Below are positions 8,049 through 16,543 of a DNA stretch of 23,045 nt, one piece after another; position 1 is the stretch's first letter, and the number at the start of each line of letters is the position of its first letter. The translations under genes were made by a program, and so were the position numbers. The DNA is from Anaerolineae bacterium (GTDB taxonomy: Bacteria > Chloroflexota > Anaerolineae > S140-20): the NCBI GenBank assembly GCA_027021705.1, contig JALUTT010000162.1, positions 1 to 23,045 of the forward strand. The letters are read 5' to 3'. The notes under the pieces are model-generated. The model did not search any database and was not told where the DNA came from. It saw nothing but the letters and a program-made list of their open reading frames with translations.

Positions 8049-9048
8049 GAGAGCCCGCCCCTGGCTGGCGGTGACGATGGGCGATCCGGCGGGCATCGGC
8101 CCGGAGGTCGTCGCCCGGGCGGTGACCGATCCCCAGGTGCTGGCCCAGGCCCGCCCGCTGGTGGTGGGCGACGCCAGCGTGATGATGGAGGCACTGAGGC
8201 TGGTGGGGAGCCGGGCTCAGGTGGTCCGGGTGACAGGGCCGGAAGGGGTGGAACCGACCCCCGACCGAGTGCCGGTGCGGGACCTGGACAACGTGGATTG
8301 GCGGGAGGTGCCCCGAGGGAGGGTGAGCGCCGCCGCCGGCCGGGCCTCCTACGCCTACGTGGTCGAAGCGGTGCGGATGGCCCAGGCTGGCCAGGTGGCC
8401 GGGGTCGTCACCGCCCCCATCAACAAGGCGGCCTGGGGCGAGGCGGGTTACCGGGCTCCCGGCCACACGGAACTGCTGGGCCGGCTCACCGGCGCGCCGG
8501 AGACCCGGATGCTCCTGGTCACCCCCCGGTTGCGGGTCGTCCACGTCACCACCCACATCCCCCTGCGGGCGGTGAGCGAGCGGGTGACCCGGGAGCGGGT
8601 CCTCACCACCATCGCGCTGCTGGTCGAGGCGCTGCGGCGGATGGGCATCCCGCACCCCCGGGTGGCCGTGGCCGGCCTGAATCCCCACGCTGGGGAGGGG
8701 GGGCGCTTCGGGGACGAGGAGGTGCGGGAGATCGGGCCGGCCGTCGCCGAGGCGCGGCGGCGGGGTTGGCAGGTGGTGGGGCCGTTGCCGGGCGACACCG
8801 TCTTCTACCGGGCGCTCCAGGGGGAGTTCGACGCCGTGGTGGCGATCTACCACGACCAGGGCCACATCCCGGTCAAGCTCCTGGGCTTCGAGGAGGGCGT
8901 CAACGTCACCCTGGGGCTGCCCATCGTGCGCACCTCGGTGGACCACGGCACCGCCTTCGACATCGCCTGGCAGGGGAAGGCCAGCCCGCGCAGCATGGTG
9001 GCGGCCATCGGTCTGGCCGCTGCGCTGGCCCGGGGCGAGGCCCGGTAG
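8035..9048 (+). CDS. pdxA: PdxA family dehydrogenase (likely PdxA2, tetronate-4-phosphate dehydrogenase)
   Basis: TMGDPAGIGPE, TAPINK, GHTE, LNPHAGE, YHDQGHIPVK, RTSVDHGTAFDIA; overlaps the kinase stop. Confidence 0.95.
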   Translation: MTGAERARPWLAVTMGDPAGIGPEVVARAVTDPQVLAQARPLVVGDASVMMEALRLVGSRAQVVRVTGPEGVEPTPDRVPVRDLDNVDWREVPRGRVSAAAGRASYAYVVEAVRMAQAGQVAGVVTAPINKAAWGEAGYRAPGHTELLGRLTGAPETRMLLVTPRLRVVHVTTHIPLRAVSERVTRERVLTTIALLVEALRRMGIPHPRVAVAGLNPHAGEGGRFGDEEVREIGPAVAEARRRGWQVVGPLPGDTVFYRALQGEFDAVVAIYHDQGHIPVKLLGFEEGVNVTLGLPIVRTSVDHGTAFDIAWQGKASPRSMVAAIGLAAALARGEAR

Positions 9049-9066
9049 CGGGTGGAGGCCGCCTGT

Positions 9067-9095
9067 TTGCGCAGCCGGGGCAAACCGTTTATAAT
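9067..9095 (+). promoter_or_regulatory. Putative sigma70-type promoter of the terC pair
   Basis: TTGCGC-N17-TATAAT. Confidence 0.6.
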
Positions 9096-9209
9096 ACCTG
9101 CTGTTGCCTGGCGCCATCCCGGCGCCGGGCGGGAAGAGGACCCATCAGCCTGGGCCATCGGGGCCAGCGGCTCCACGGGCGGATGCATAGGCTTGCGTAG
9201 AGGAAAACG

Positions 9210-10088
9210 ATGTCCGTAGCCGGTGTGATCTCTATCGTCGTCCAGCTCATCTTCCTGGAAGGGATCCTGTCCATTGACAACGCAGCGGTGCTGGGTGCGA
9301 TGGTCGCCCACCTGCCGGCCCATGAACCGATCCCCTGGCCCGGCCCCCTGAAGCGCTTGCACTTCCACGGCGAGCGGATCCTGGGCGGGCAGCGCCAGGC
9401 CGCCCTCAAGGTGGGGCTGCTGGGAGCCTACGTGGGCCGGGGCTCGATGCTCTTCCTGGCCAGCTTCATCATCCGCAACCCCTGGCTCAAGCTGGTGGGC
9501 GCGGCCTACCTGATCAAGCTGGCCGCCGAGCACCTAGGCGAACTGGTGAAGGGGGATCACCACGAGACCGACCCGGAAGGGCTCCCGATCAAGCCCAAGG
9601 GGAGAGGCTTCTGGTCGGTCGTGCTGGCGGTGGAGTTGGCGGACCTGGCCTTCAGCCTGGACAACGTGGTGGCGGCCATCGCCCTCTCCGACGAGTTCTG
9701 GGTCGTGATGTTGGGCGTCGCCCTGGGCATCGTGACGATGCGCTTCGCCGCCGGGGTCTTCGCCCTGCTGGTGGAAAAGGAGCCCATCCTGGTTCACGCC
9801 GCCTACATCCTCATCCTCAACATCGGCATCGAGTTGATCATCGAAGACCTGACCCACGTGGAGATCGGCGAGATCACCAAGTTCGCCATCTCCGTCCTCA
9901 CCCTGCTGGTGGCGCTGGCTTACGCCCACATCTCCCCCCTGCAGAAGGTGCAGCCCCTGCTTCGGCCCATCGGCCACCTGCTCTGGTGGCTCAATCGGGG
10001 CGTTGACGTGATCTTCTTCCCCGTAAAGTACGCCCTGAAGCAAACCGTGCGCCTCCTGCGCCCTCGCCCCAAGCCCCACCTCCCCTAG
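9210..10088 (+). CDS. TerC family membrane protein, copy 1
   Basis: LEGILSIDNAAVL and VELADLAFSLDNV motifs, multiple TM helices, RBS GAGG. Confidence 0.9.
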   Translation: MSVAGVISIVVQLIFLEGILSIDNAAVLGAMVAHLPAHEPIPWPGPLKRLHFHGERILGGQRQAALKVGLLGAYVGRGSMLFLASFIIRNPWLKLVGAAYLIKLAAEHLGELVKGDHHETDPEGLPIKPKGRGFWSVVLAVELADLAFSLDNVVAAIALSDEFWVVMLGVALGIVTMRFAAGVFALLVEKEPILVHAAYILILNIGIELIIEDLTHVEIGEITKFAISVLTLLVALAYAHISPLQKVQPLLRPIGHLLWWLNRGVDVIFFPVKYALKQTVRLLRPRPKPHLP

Positions 10089-10169
10089 GAAGGACAGGTT
10101 GCCAATGAAGGTGTTCCGAAGCTGTCCATCAGGCCGAAAGCTGCCTAGCCATCTCTCTCGAGGAAAACG

Positions 10170-11057
10170 ATGTCCGTAGCCGGTGTGATCTCTATCGTCG
10201 TCCAGCTCATCTTCTTGGAAGGGATTCTGTCCATTGACAACGCGGCGGTGCTGGGTGCGATGGTCGCCCACCTGCCCACACACGAACCGATCCCCTGGCC
10301 CGGCCCTTTGAAGCGCCTGCACGCTCACGGCGAGCGGATCCTGGGCGGGCAGCGCCAGGCCGCCCTCAAGGTGGGGCTGCTGGGAGCCTACGTGGGCCGG
10401 GCTTCGATGCTCTTCCTGGCCAGCTTCGTCATCCGCAACCCTTGGCTCAGGCTGTTGGGCGCCATCTACTTGGTCAAGCTGGCTGCCGAGCACCTAGGCG
10501 AACTGGTGAAGGGGAAGCAGCCCGAGACCGACGCCGAGGGCCTGCCGGTCAAGCCCAAGGGGAGAGGCTTCTGGTCGGTTGTGCTGGCGGTGGAGTTGGC
10601 GGACTTGGCCTTCAGCCTGGACAACGTGGTGGTGGCCGTCGCCCTCTCCGACGAGTTCTGGGTTGTGATGTTAGGCGTCGCCCTGGGCATCGTGACGATG
10701 CGCTTCGCCGCCGGCATCTTCTCGGTCCTGGTAGAGAAGGAACCCATCCTAATCCACGCCGCCTACATCCTCATCCTCAACGTGGGCCTTGAGCTGATCA
10801 TCGCAGACCTGACCCACGTGGAGATCGGCGAGATGACCAAGTTCGCCATCTCCGTCCTCACCCTGCTGGTGGCGCTGGCTTACGCCCACATCTCCCCCCT
10901 GCAGAAGGTGCAGCCCCTGCTTCGGCCTATCGGCCACCTGCTCTGGTGGCTCAACTGGAGCTTCAACCTGCCCTTCCTGCCCCTGAAGTTTGTGGTAAAG
11001 CAGATCGCACGTCTCCTGCGCCCTCGCCCCAAGCCCCGTCCCTCCCGAGAGGGGTAG
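10170..11057 (+). CDS. TerC family membrane protein, copy 2
   Basis: Same motifs; close paralogue offset by 960 bp. Confidence 0.9.
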   Translation: MSVAGVISIVVQLIFLEGILSIDNAAVLGAMVAHLPTHEPIPWPGPLKRLHAHGERILGGQRQAALKVGLLGAYVGRASMLFLASFVIRNPWLRLLGAIYLVKLAAEHLGELVKGKQPETDAEGLPVKPKGRGFWSVVLAVELADLAFSLDNVVVAVALSDEFWVVMLGVALGIVTMRFAAGIFSVLVEKEPILIHAAYILILNVGLELIIADLTHVEIGEMTKFAISVLTLLVALAYAHISPLQKVQPLLRPIGHLLWWLNWSFNLPFLPLKFVVKQIARLLRPRPKPRPSREG

Positions 11058-11221
11058 CCCTCTGAAACAACCAAAGTACAAATGTCAGGGCAAAGTGGGG
11101 ACGGATGTCACTACGACAGGGGCTGAGGTCCCACTATACTGGAATCACTCCTACGTCCAGGTCCGGCGCGTTCGCTGCCGGACCTGGTGTGGCAATGTTG
11201 CCACGCCACGGGGGGAGGGTT

Positions 11222-11608
11222 ATGGGACGTGTGATCAAGCTGATGATCATAGACGACCACGATGCCGTGCGCCGAGCGCTGGAGTCGCGCCTGAGGCGGA
11301 TTCCCGAGATCGAGGTGGTGGGCTGCACGGGATCCCGGGAGGAGGGGATCCACCAGGCGTTGCTGCTCCAACCTGACGTGGTGCTTCTGGAGACGAAGCG
11401 GAGCGACGGGGCGGGGCTGGAGATCTGCCGGCGCATCGCCCGGGGGGCTCCCGAGACCGCTGTGATTGTCCTGACCTCCTACGAGGACGAGCAGGAGCGA
11501 CATCAAGCCTTCTTGGCTGGCGCCCGGCGCTACGTCCTGAAGGACATTGATTCGGCCCAACTGCTGCGGGAGATTCAGGTCGCTCAGGCAGTCCGTTCGA
11601 CGGCCTGA
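11222..11608 (+). CDS. Stand-alone NarL-type receiver domain protein with Glu at the phosphoacceptor position
   Basis: IIDDH, PDVVLLE, VLTSY, GARRYVLK; 128 aa from ATG 11222 after a GGGAGG RBS; no HTH domain. Confidence 0.85.
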   Translation: MGRVIKLMIIDDHDAVRRALESRLRRIPEIEVVGCTGSREEGIHQALLLQPDVVLLETKRSDGAGLEICRRIARGAPETAVIVLTSYEDEQERHQAFLAGARRYVLKDIDSAQLLREIQVAQAVRSTA

Positions 11609-11618
11609 CCGAAGGGGC

Positions 11619-11660
11619 GAAAAGTGAGCGCCCGGCACCTGAGGTGCCGGGCGCTTTTGC
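11619..11660. terminator. Probable bidirectional intrinsic terminator
   Basis: agcgcccggcacct-g-aggtgccgggcgct inverted repeat (11627-11655) with an A run on the left and a T run on the right, between convergent genes. Confidence 0.8.
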
Positions 11661-11676
11661 ATGCCGGGGTGGGGGT

Positions 11677-14577
11677 TTAGCGCACCACCAGCGGCAGGTA
11701 GACGCGGTTGGCCAGGACAGCGCCGGCTCCGTAGTAGATATCCCAGTCCCACGTAGGGTTGACCAGGCCGGTGCTGCTGTAGTTGGCCCAGGCGACGTGG
11801 ACCTCGCCGCTGGCATCGGCATCAATGTAGGACTCCCCAAGCTGTGTACCGTTGCTCAGCAGCGTGATCAGGGCCGACCATTTCCCACCGGAGAGCTTCC
11901 GGTAGAGTAGGCGCGGGTCGGTCGTGGCCGTGCCGGCCTCGGTCCAGGCCACGTGAAGCGCCTCACCCCCGAAGCTGATCTCCGGCACGAAGGAGTCGGC
12001 CTCGGTGCTGGCCAGGGCCATCGGAGTGGACCAGGTGGTGCCCGTCCAGCCGGTGTAGTAGATGTCCTTGGTCCCGCTGGCTTGCATCTCCTCCCAGACC
12101 AAGTGGGGGTTGCCGCTCCCGTCCAGCGTGATGTTGGGCACGGTGGAGGCCCGGCTGCTGTGGGAGACATCCTGCGGGACGCTCCAGTCGGTGCCGTCGA
12201 AGCGGCTGTAGTAGACCTGCAGGACGCCGTTCAGGTCGCTGTCCTGCCAAGCCAGGTGGACGGTGCCATCGCTGGCGACGGTCATGTGGGGGGCCTGGCC
12301 CCGGGCGCTGGGTACCGGCGCGTTAGCGGCCAGAGTGCCATAGTAGATCACCCAGTAGCCCGGCGTGCTGTCGGCCCAGGCAAAGTGGAGGTTCCCCGCG
12401 CCGTCGGCCCCGATGTCCGGGCTGATGGACTGCCCGCTGGTGCGAGAGACGTTCTTGGGAGCTCCCCACGCCTTGGCCGCATCGTCCCACTGGGCCAGGT
12501 AGATCTCGTAGTTACCCGTCCCGTCGTCGTCGGACCAGACCAGGTAGAGGGTGCCGTTGGCTTCTTTCATATCGGGATGGAAGCCGGTGCCGACGGGCGT
12601 GGGCAGCGACCAGGTGCCACCCTTCACCTTCCAACTGTGGTAGATCCGCCCGTCGGACTCCTCCCAGACCAGGTGGTGCTCGCCGTTGGCCCGCACGACC
12701 AGGTCGGGCTTGCGGGAGTGGCCGCTGGTGTTGGAGACGTTGACGGCGCTGCTGCCGGGCTGCGCGGCCGCGACACCCAAGGCCGCCCCATCATGATCCT
12801 CCCCATCGTGGCTGCCGAATTCCTTGATCTCCACCTTGTAGGCTACCCACTGACCGCTGCGTCCGGTGGCCTTGACGCTGGCCCGGCGTCCAACGGCCGG
12901 CGTCCCTTCGCTCATATCAATGAGGGTCGTGCCGGTGACGACGACGCGGATGCCGCCGACAACCCACTCCCCTTCGTAGCGGGGAGCCGGGCCGCTGCCC
13001 AACTGCTCGATGGTGCCCTCGTGCTCCAGGTGCTCCCCCTCGTCGGGCTGCCCATCGTCGTCGCTGGGGCCGCAGTCTTTCACCTCGACCTCCGTGGCAA
13101 CCTCGGTGTCACCCTGCAGGCGAGTTTTGGCCTCGGCCCAGCATCCGACCTGCGGGTCGCCACCCTCGAACTCCCGCTGGGTAGTGGTAGTCACCTCGAA
13201 GCTGCGCTGGAGCCCCTGGGTGGTCGTCACCGTCCAGGTGCCGTAGTAGTCGGGGCCGGCGGGCAGACTGATGATGGTCCCCTTGACCTCGTACTCGCTC
13301 TCACCTTCGTGCCGGTCTCCGGCCTCGTCCTGGACCTCGATGCGGCTGGCCAGGAAGTGCAGGGTGGGGGTGGTGACCCAGCGTCCCTTGGCCTCGGCGG
13401 TGACGCTTAGGGCCAGGGTACCTCGGACGACGGTGTTGGAGTCGGTGACGACCTCTTGGCCGGCGATGACAAGAGGGGAGAGGCCGGTGACCAGCCCCTT
13501 GATCTCGGCCTCGTTGTCAGGGTCGCCATCGCTATCGTCGCCGACCCCGGTCTGCTCGATCTCGATCTTGCGGGCCCAGACCTGACCGCCTACGTAGTCG
13601 CCCTCGACACTCGCCCAGGCTCCGACCACGGCCTGCCCCTTGCTCTCGTCCACGATGGTGGTGCCGGTGAGCCAGATGGTCTGGTTGGCGACCTCCCAGG
13701 TGACGGGCCAGGTGCCGGTGAGGGCGGTGACGTACTGGATCGCACCGTGGATCTCGACGTCGTCCTTCCGCTCCTGATCATAGTCGCTGCGCTTCTCGAT
13801 CTCCACCTTCTTCGCCAGGAGTGAGCCGTCAGGCTGCTGATAGGCTTTGATCTCAACCCAGTCCCCCAGGGTGAAGGCGCTGGTGTAGTTCAGGCTGGTT
13901 GTGCCATCCACGGTGACGGTGATGCCCCCGACGACCCAGTCGCCCTCGTAGCGCGGCGCCGGGCCGGTGCCCAGCTTCTCGAGGAAGCCCTTCCACTCGC
14001 GCTCCGCGTCGTCCTCGTCCCGAGTGCCCTTGATCTCCACCTTGGTCGCCGTCAGCGACCCGTCGGTGGCCTGGGTTGCCTCGACCTCAACCACCTGGGA
14101 GATCGCCGGTGTCCCCTCGATGGTGGTCGTGGCGTTGACGGTGACGCTGATGCCGCTCACCCGCCAGACCCCAACGTAAGGGGCGGACGGCAGGGACTCG
14201 ATGATCCCCTTGAACTCCACCTCCTCCTGCTCGCCGGGGTTGCGCCGGGTAGCGATCTCCTCGGCCAACACCGAACCGTCGGCCTGCAGCCACCCTTCGA
14301 CCTCGACCCAGGCTCCGACGACCACCGGGCCGTGACCCTGGTCTAGGGTGGTGCTCACGCCGATGGTAACGGTGATGCCGCCGATGCGCCACTGCTCACC
14401 GGGGACAAGAGCCGTCCCCCGACTCTCCACCGTTCCTTCAAACTTCACGTAAGGATTGTTCTCCTCGGCCAGGCTGGCCGGAGACGCCAGCGAAGCCCTG
14501 CTCCCCATCACCAACATCCCCGCCAGAATCACAATGGCCGCTAAGGCTCCAAGCATACTCAGGACGACTCTACGCAT
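11677..14577 (-). CDS. Secreted/surface protein: 7 DUF5666-like beta repeats, beta-propeller-like C-terminal region, terminal VYLPLVVR motif
   Basis: Signal peptide MRRVVLS...; RBS AAGGAGG; seven (F/I)xGxI...W.VGG..V.V...T....G.WVEV.....A.KVEI-type units; repeated HLVW/IYY blades. Confidence 0.75.
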   Translation of the reverse strand: MRRVVLSMLGALAAIVILAGMLVMGSRASLASPASLAEENNPYVKFEGTVESRGTALVPGEQWRIGGITVTIGVSTTLDQGHGPVVVGAWVEVEGWLQADGSVLAEEIATRRNPGEQEEVEFKGIIESLPSAPYVGVWRVSGISVTVNATTTIEGTPAISQVVEVEATQATDGSLTATKVEIKGTRDEDDAEREWKGFLEKLGTGPAPRYEGDWVVGGITVTVDGTTSLNYTSAFTLGDWVEIKAYQQPDGSLLAKKVEIEKRSDYDQERKDDVEIHGAIQYVTALTGTWPVTWEVANQTIWLTGTTIVDESKGQAVVGAWASVEGDYVGGQVWARKIEIEQTGVGDDSDGDPDNEAEIKGLVTGLSPLVIAGQEVVTDSNTVVRGTLALSVTAEAKGRWVTTPTLHFLASRIEVQDEAGDRHEGESEYEVKGTIISLPAGPDYYGTWTVTTTQGLQRSFEVTTTTQREFEGGDPQVGCWAEAKTRLQGDTEVATEVEVKDCGPSDDDGQPDEGEHLEHEGTIEQLGSGPAPRYEGEWVVGGIRVVVTGTTLIDMSEGTPAVGRRASVKATGRSGQWVAYKVEIKEFGSHDGEDHDGAALGVAAAQPGSSAVNVSNTSGHSRKPDLVVRANGEHHLVWEESDGRIYHSWKVKGGTWSLPTPVGTGFHPDMKEANGTLYLVWSDDDGTGNYEIYLAQWDDAAKAWGAPKNVSRTSGQSISPDIGADGAGNLHFAWADSTPGYWVIYYGTLAANAPVPSARGQAPHMTVASDGTVHLAWQDSDLNGVLQVYYSRFDGTDWSVPQDVSHSSRASTVPNITLDGSGNPHLVWEEMQASGTKDIYYTGWTGTTWSTPMALASTEADSFVPEISFGGEALHVAWTEAGTATTDPRLLYRKLSGGKWSALITLLSNGTQLGESYIDADASGEVHVAWANYSSTGLVNPTWDWDIYYGAGAVLANRVYLPLVVR

Positions 14578-14656
14578 ACTGACCTCCTTTTGCTGTTCAC
14601 GACAGACTGTGGTTACCACCCGGGTGTTGATTCAGGATGGCGGCCTGCCACCTTGA

Positions 14657-14683
14657 TTAACGTCAACGCCGGGATTTCGATAC
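14657..14683 (-). promoter_or_regulatory. Putative ECF-sigma promoter GTATC-N16-CGTTAA
   Basis: Matches the motif at 16504-16530 in spacing and -10 sequence. Confidence 0.5.
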
Positions 14684-14715
14684 GGGTATCGAGCTCACCG
14701 CTCTCCCCTCAACGA

Positions 14716-16455
14716 TCAGTCATCATCTCGCTCTTCTTCCTCCTCACCACCACCGTTGTCCTGATCACCACCTCCTTCCTCTTCTCCACCGCCCCCCTCC
14801 TCGCCGCTACTTTCGCCGCTACTTCCGTTCTCATCCCCGCTGATCTCCCCTACCTCGCCCCCCCTGTCACCTTCGTCCTCTGTCCCTGTGGCGTGGCAGC
14901 GTACACAGTTGCCGAAGTCGCTAATCCCCTCCTCCTGGTGTTCTCGGGCGATCTTGTCCTGCTCATGACAGGTGTAGCAGGTATAGGTGGCGTAGTTGCC
15001 TCCGGGGTGGCAAGCGGCGCAGTCGCCGGCCGCCCCCCCGTGGTCCAAGGGGAAGCTGTGGTTGGCCAAAGTGGCCTCAGACCAGGAGGTGGTGTTGTGG
15101 CACTGACTGCACTGGCCGGAGAAGTGGCCCGCCGGGCGGGTGTGGCAGCTCTGGCAGTCGGCCAGACCTGTATGGTCGAAGCTGACGGCCCGCCAGTCGG
15201 TCGTGCTGACGTGGCACTGGCTGCACTGGCCTGGATAGTGGTTGGGCGGCGCCGTCCCCGCATGGCAGCCCTGGCAATCGGTCAACCCCGTGTGGTCGAA
15301 GCTGACGGCCCGCCAGTCGGTCGTGCTGGTGTGACATTGACTGCACTGGCCCGGATAGTGGTTGGGCGGCGCCGTCCCCGCGTGGCAGCTCTGGCAGTCG
15401 GTCAGCCCTGTGTGGTCGAAGCTGACGGCCCGCCAGTCGGTCGTGCTGACGTGGCATTGGCTGCACTGACCCGGATAGTGGTTGGGCGGCGCCGTCCCCG
15501 CGTGGCAGCTCTGGCAGTCGGTCAGCCCCGTGTGGTCGAAGCTGACGGCCCCCCAGTCCGTCGTGCTGGTGTGGCACCGGCTGCACTGACCCGGATAGTG
15601 GTCGGGCGGGGCCGTCCCCGCGTGGCAGCCCTGGCAATCGGTCAACCCCGTGTGGTCCATCTGGACCTGCTGGAAGGCAACCGTGTTGTGGCACCGCTCG
15701 CAGGTGTCACCGTAGGCCCCCTGGTGGGGGTCCAGGTGGCAGGCTGCGCACGCCGTGGGGGTCCCTTTGTAGCGTCCCTGGGTGTGGCAGGCCATGCAGT
15801 CGGCCTCGGCGTGGGCGCCCTCCAAGGGAAAGGGGTGCTCCTTCAGCGCCTCCGCCGGGAAGGGGATCGGACGGGGCTCAATTCCAGGAACAGGACGGCT
15901 CTGAGCGACCTCGGTCGGCAACCCCAGGTCCAGGGCAGCCGCTTCCAGCAAGTCCGCCGTGGTGGTGTCAGGGGCGGCGGCGATCTGGGCCAGCGTCTGG
16001 ACCTTGGTCAGGGCGTTCTGACGGAAGAGGGTATCCAGCCCCTGGGCCCCGTCGCTTCCCAGCCAGGCGGCTGCCTCTTCGGCCAGGGCGGTCAACTGGT
16101 CCCGCAAGGGACGCGCTTCCTCTGGGGGCAGGAGGGCCATGGTCAGGACGGTCTCGGTCAGCGCCGCGTCGAAGTTGGCGAGAGCCTTCAGGCCGCAGCT
16201 CGTCGGCGCACAGCGCTGCAGCTCCTCCAGCCGCCGGGTGGCCAGGCGGAGCTCCAGTTCAGCCCGCTGGCGCGGCGACCGGGCCAGCAGGCGCTGCCCA
16301 TCCTCAGTCAGTTGCTTGACGGCGTAAAGGGGATCTCCGGGCAAGCTCCCCTGAGCCGCCCAGACGGTGCCACCGACCAGCAGACAACCGCTCACCAGAA
16401 GGGTCAGCAACAGAACCAGCAGCCATCTACTCCAGGAACTATGTCTTGCGTCCAT
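14716..16455 (-). CDS. DUF5667-like domain fused to a 16-heme cytochrome c with an acidic tail
   Basis: N-terminal signal/TM helix, SLPGDPLYAVK...RRLEE motif, 16 CxxCH motifs counted. Confidence 0.88.
   Translation of the reverse strand: MDARHSSWSRWLLVLLLTLLVSGCLLVGGTVWAAQGSLPGDPLYAVKQLTEDGQRLLARSPRQRAELELRLATRRLEELQRCAPTSCGLKALANFDAALTETVLTMALLPPEEARPLRDQLTALAEEAAAWLGSDGAQGLDTLFRQNALTKVQTLAQIAAAPDTTTADLLEAAALDLGLPTEVAQSRPVPGIEPRPIPFPAEALKEHPFPLEGAHAEADCMACHTQGRYKGTPTACAACHLDPHQGAYGDTCERCHNTVAFQQVQMDHTGLTDCQGCHAGTAPPDHYPGQCSRCHTSTTDWGAVSFDHTGLTDCQSCHAGTAPPNHYPGQCSQCHVSTTDWRAVSFDHTGLTDCQSCHAGTAPPNHYPGQCSQCHTSTTDWRAVSFDHTGLTDCQGCHAGTAPPNHYPGQCSQCHVSTTDWRAVSFDHTGLADCQSCHTRPAGHFSGQCSQCHNTTSWSEATLANHSFPLDHGGAAGDCAACHPGGNYATYTCYTCHEQDKIAREHQEEGISDFGNCVRCHATGTEDEGDRGGEVGEISGDENGSSGESSGEEGGGGEEEGGGDQDNGGGEEEEERDDD
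15090..15660 (-). repeat. 120-bp (40-aa) diheme tandem repeat, 4 near-identical copies plus 1 diverged
   Basis: DHTGLTDCQ(S/G)CHAGTAPPNHYPGQCSQCHxSTTDWRAVSF; DNA period 120. Confidence 0.95.
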
Positions 16456-16503
16456 AGCCTTTTCCGCCCAGGTCTGCGTTGTCCCCTTGCCCTTGCCCTT
16501 TGC

Positions 16504-16530
16504 TTAACGGTGAGGATCGGGAAAAGGTAC
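16504..16530 (-). promoter_or_regulatory. Putative ECF-sigma promoter GTACC-N16-CGTTAA
   Basis: Upstream of ATG 16455; shared with 14657-14683. Confidence 0.5.
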
Positions 16531-16543
16531 TAGGAAAAAGGTC

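Noticed and set aside
8035..9048. Role in vitamin B6 synthesis
   Set aside because: Coupling to a DUF1537 kinase points to catabolic PdxA2, and pdxJ is not in the window.
9096..9209. yybP-ykoY Mn riboswitch upstream of terC
   Set aside because: The leader is GC-rich and could fold, but I cannot see the conserved GGGGAGUA-type motifs; an Rfam scan would settle it.
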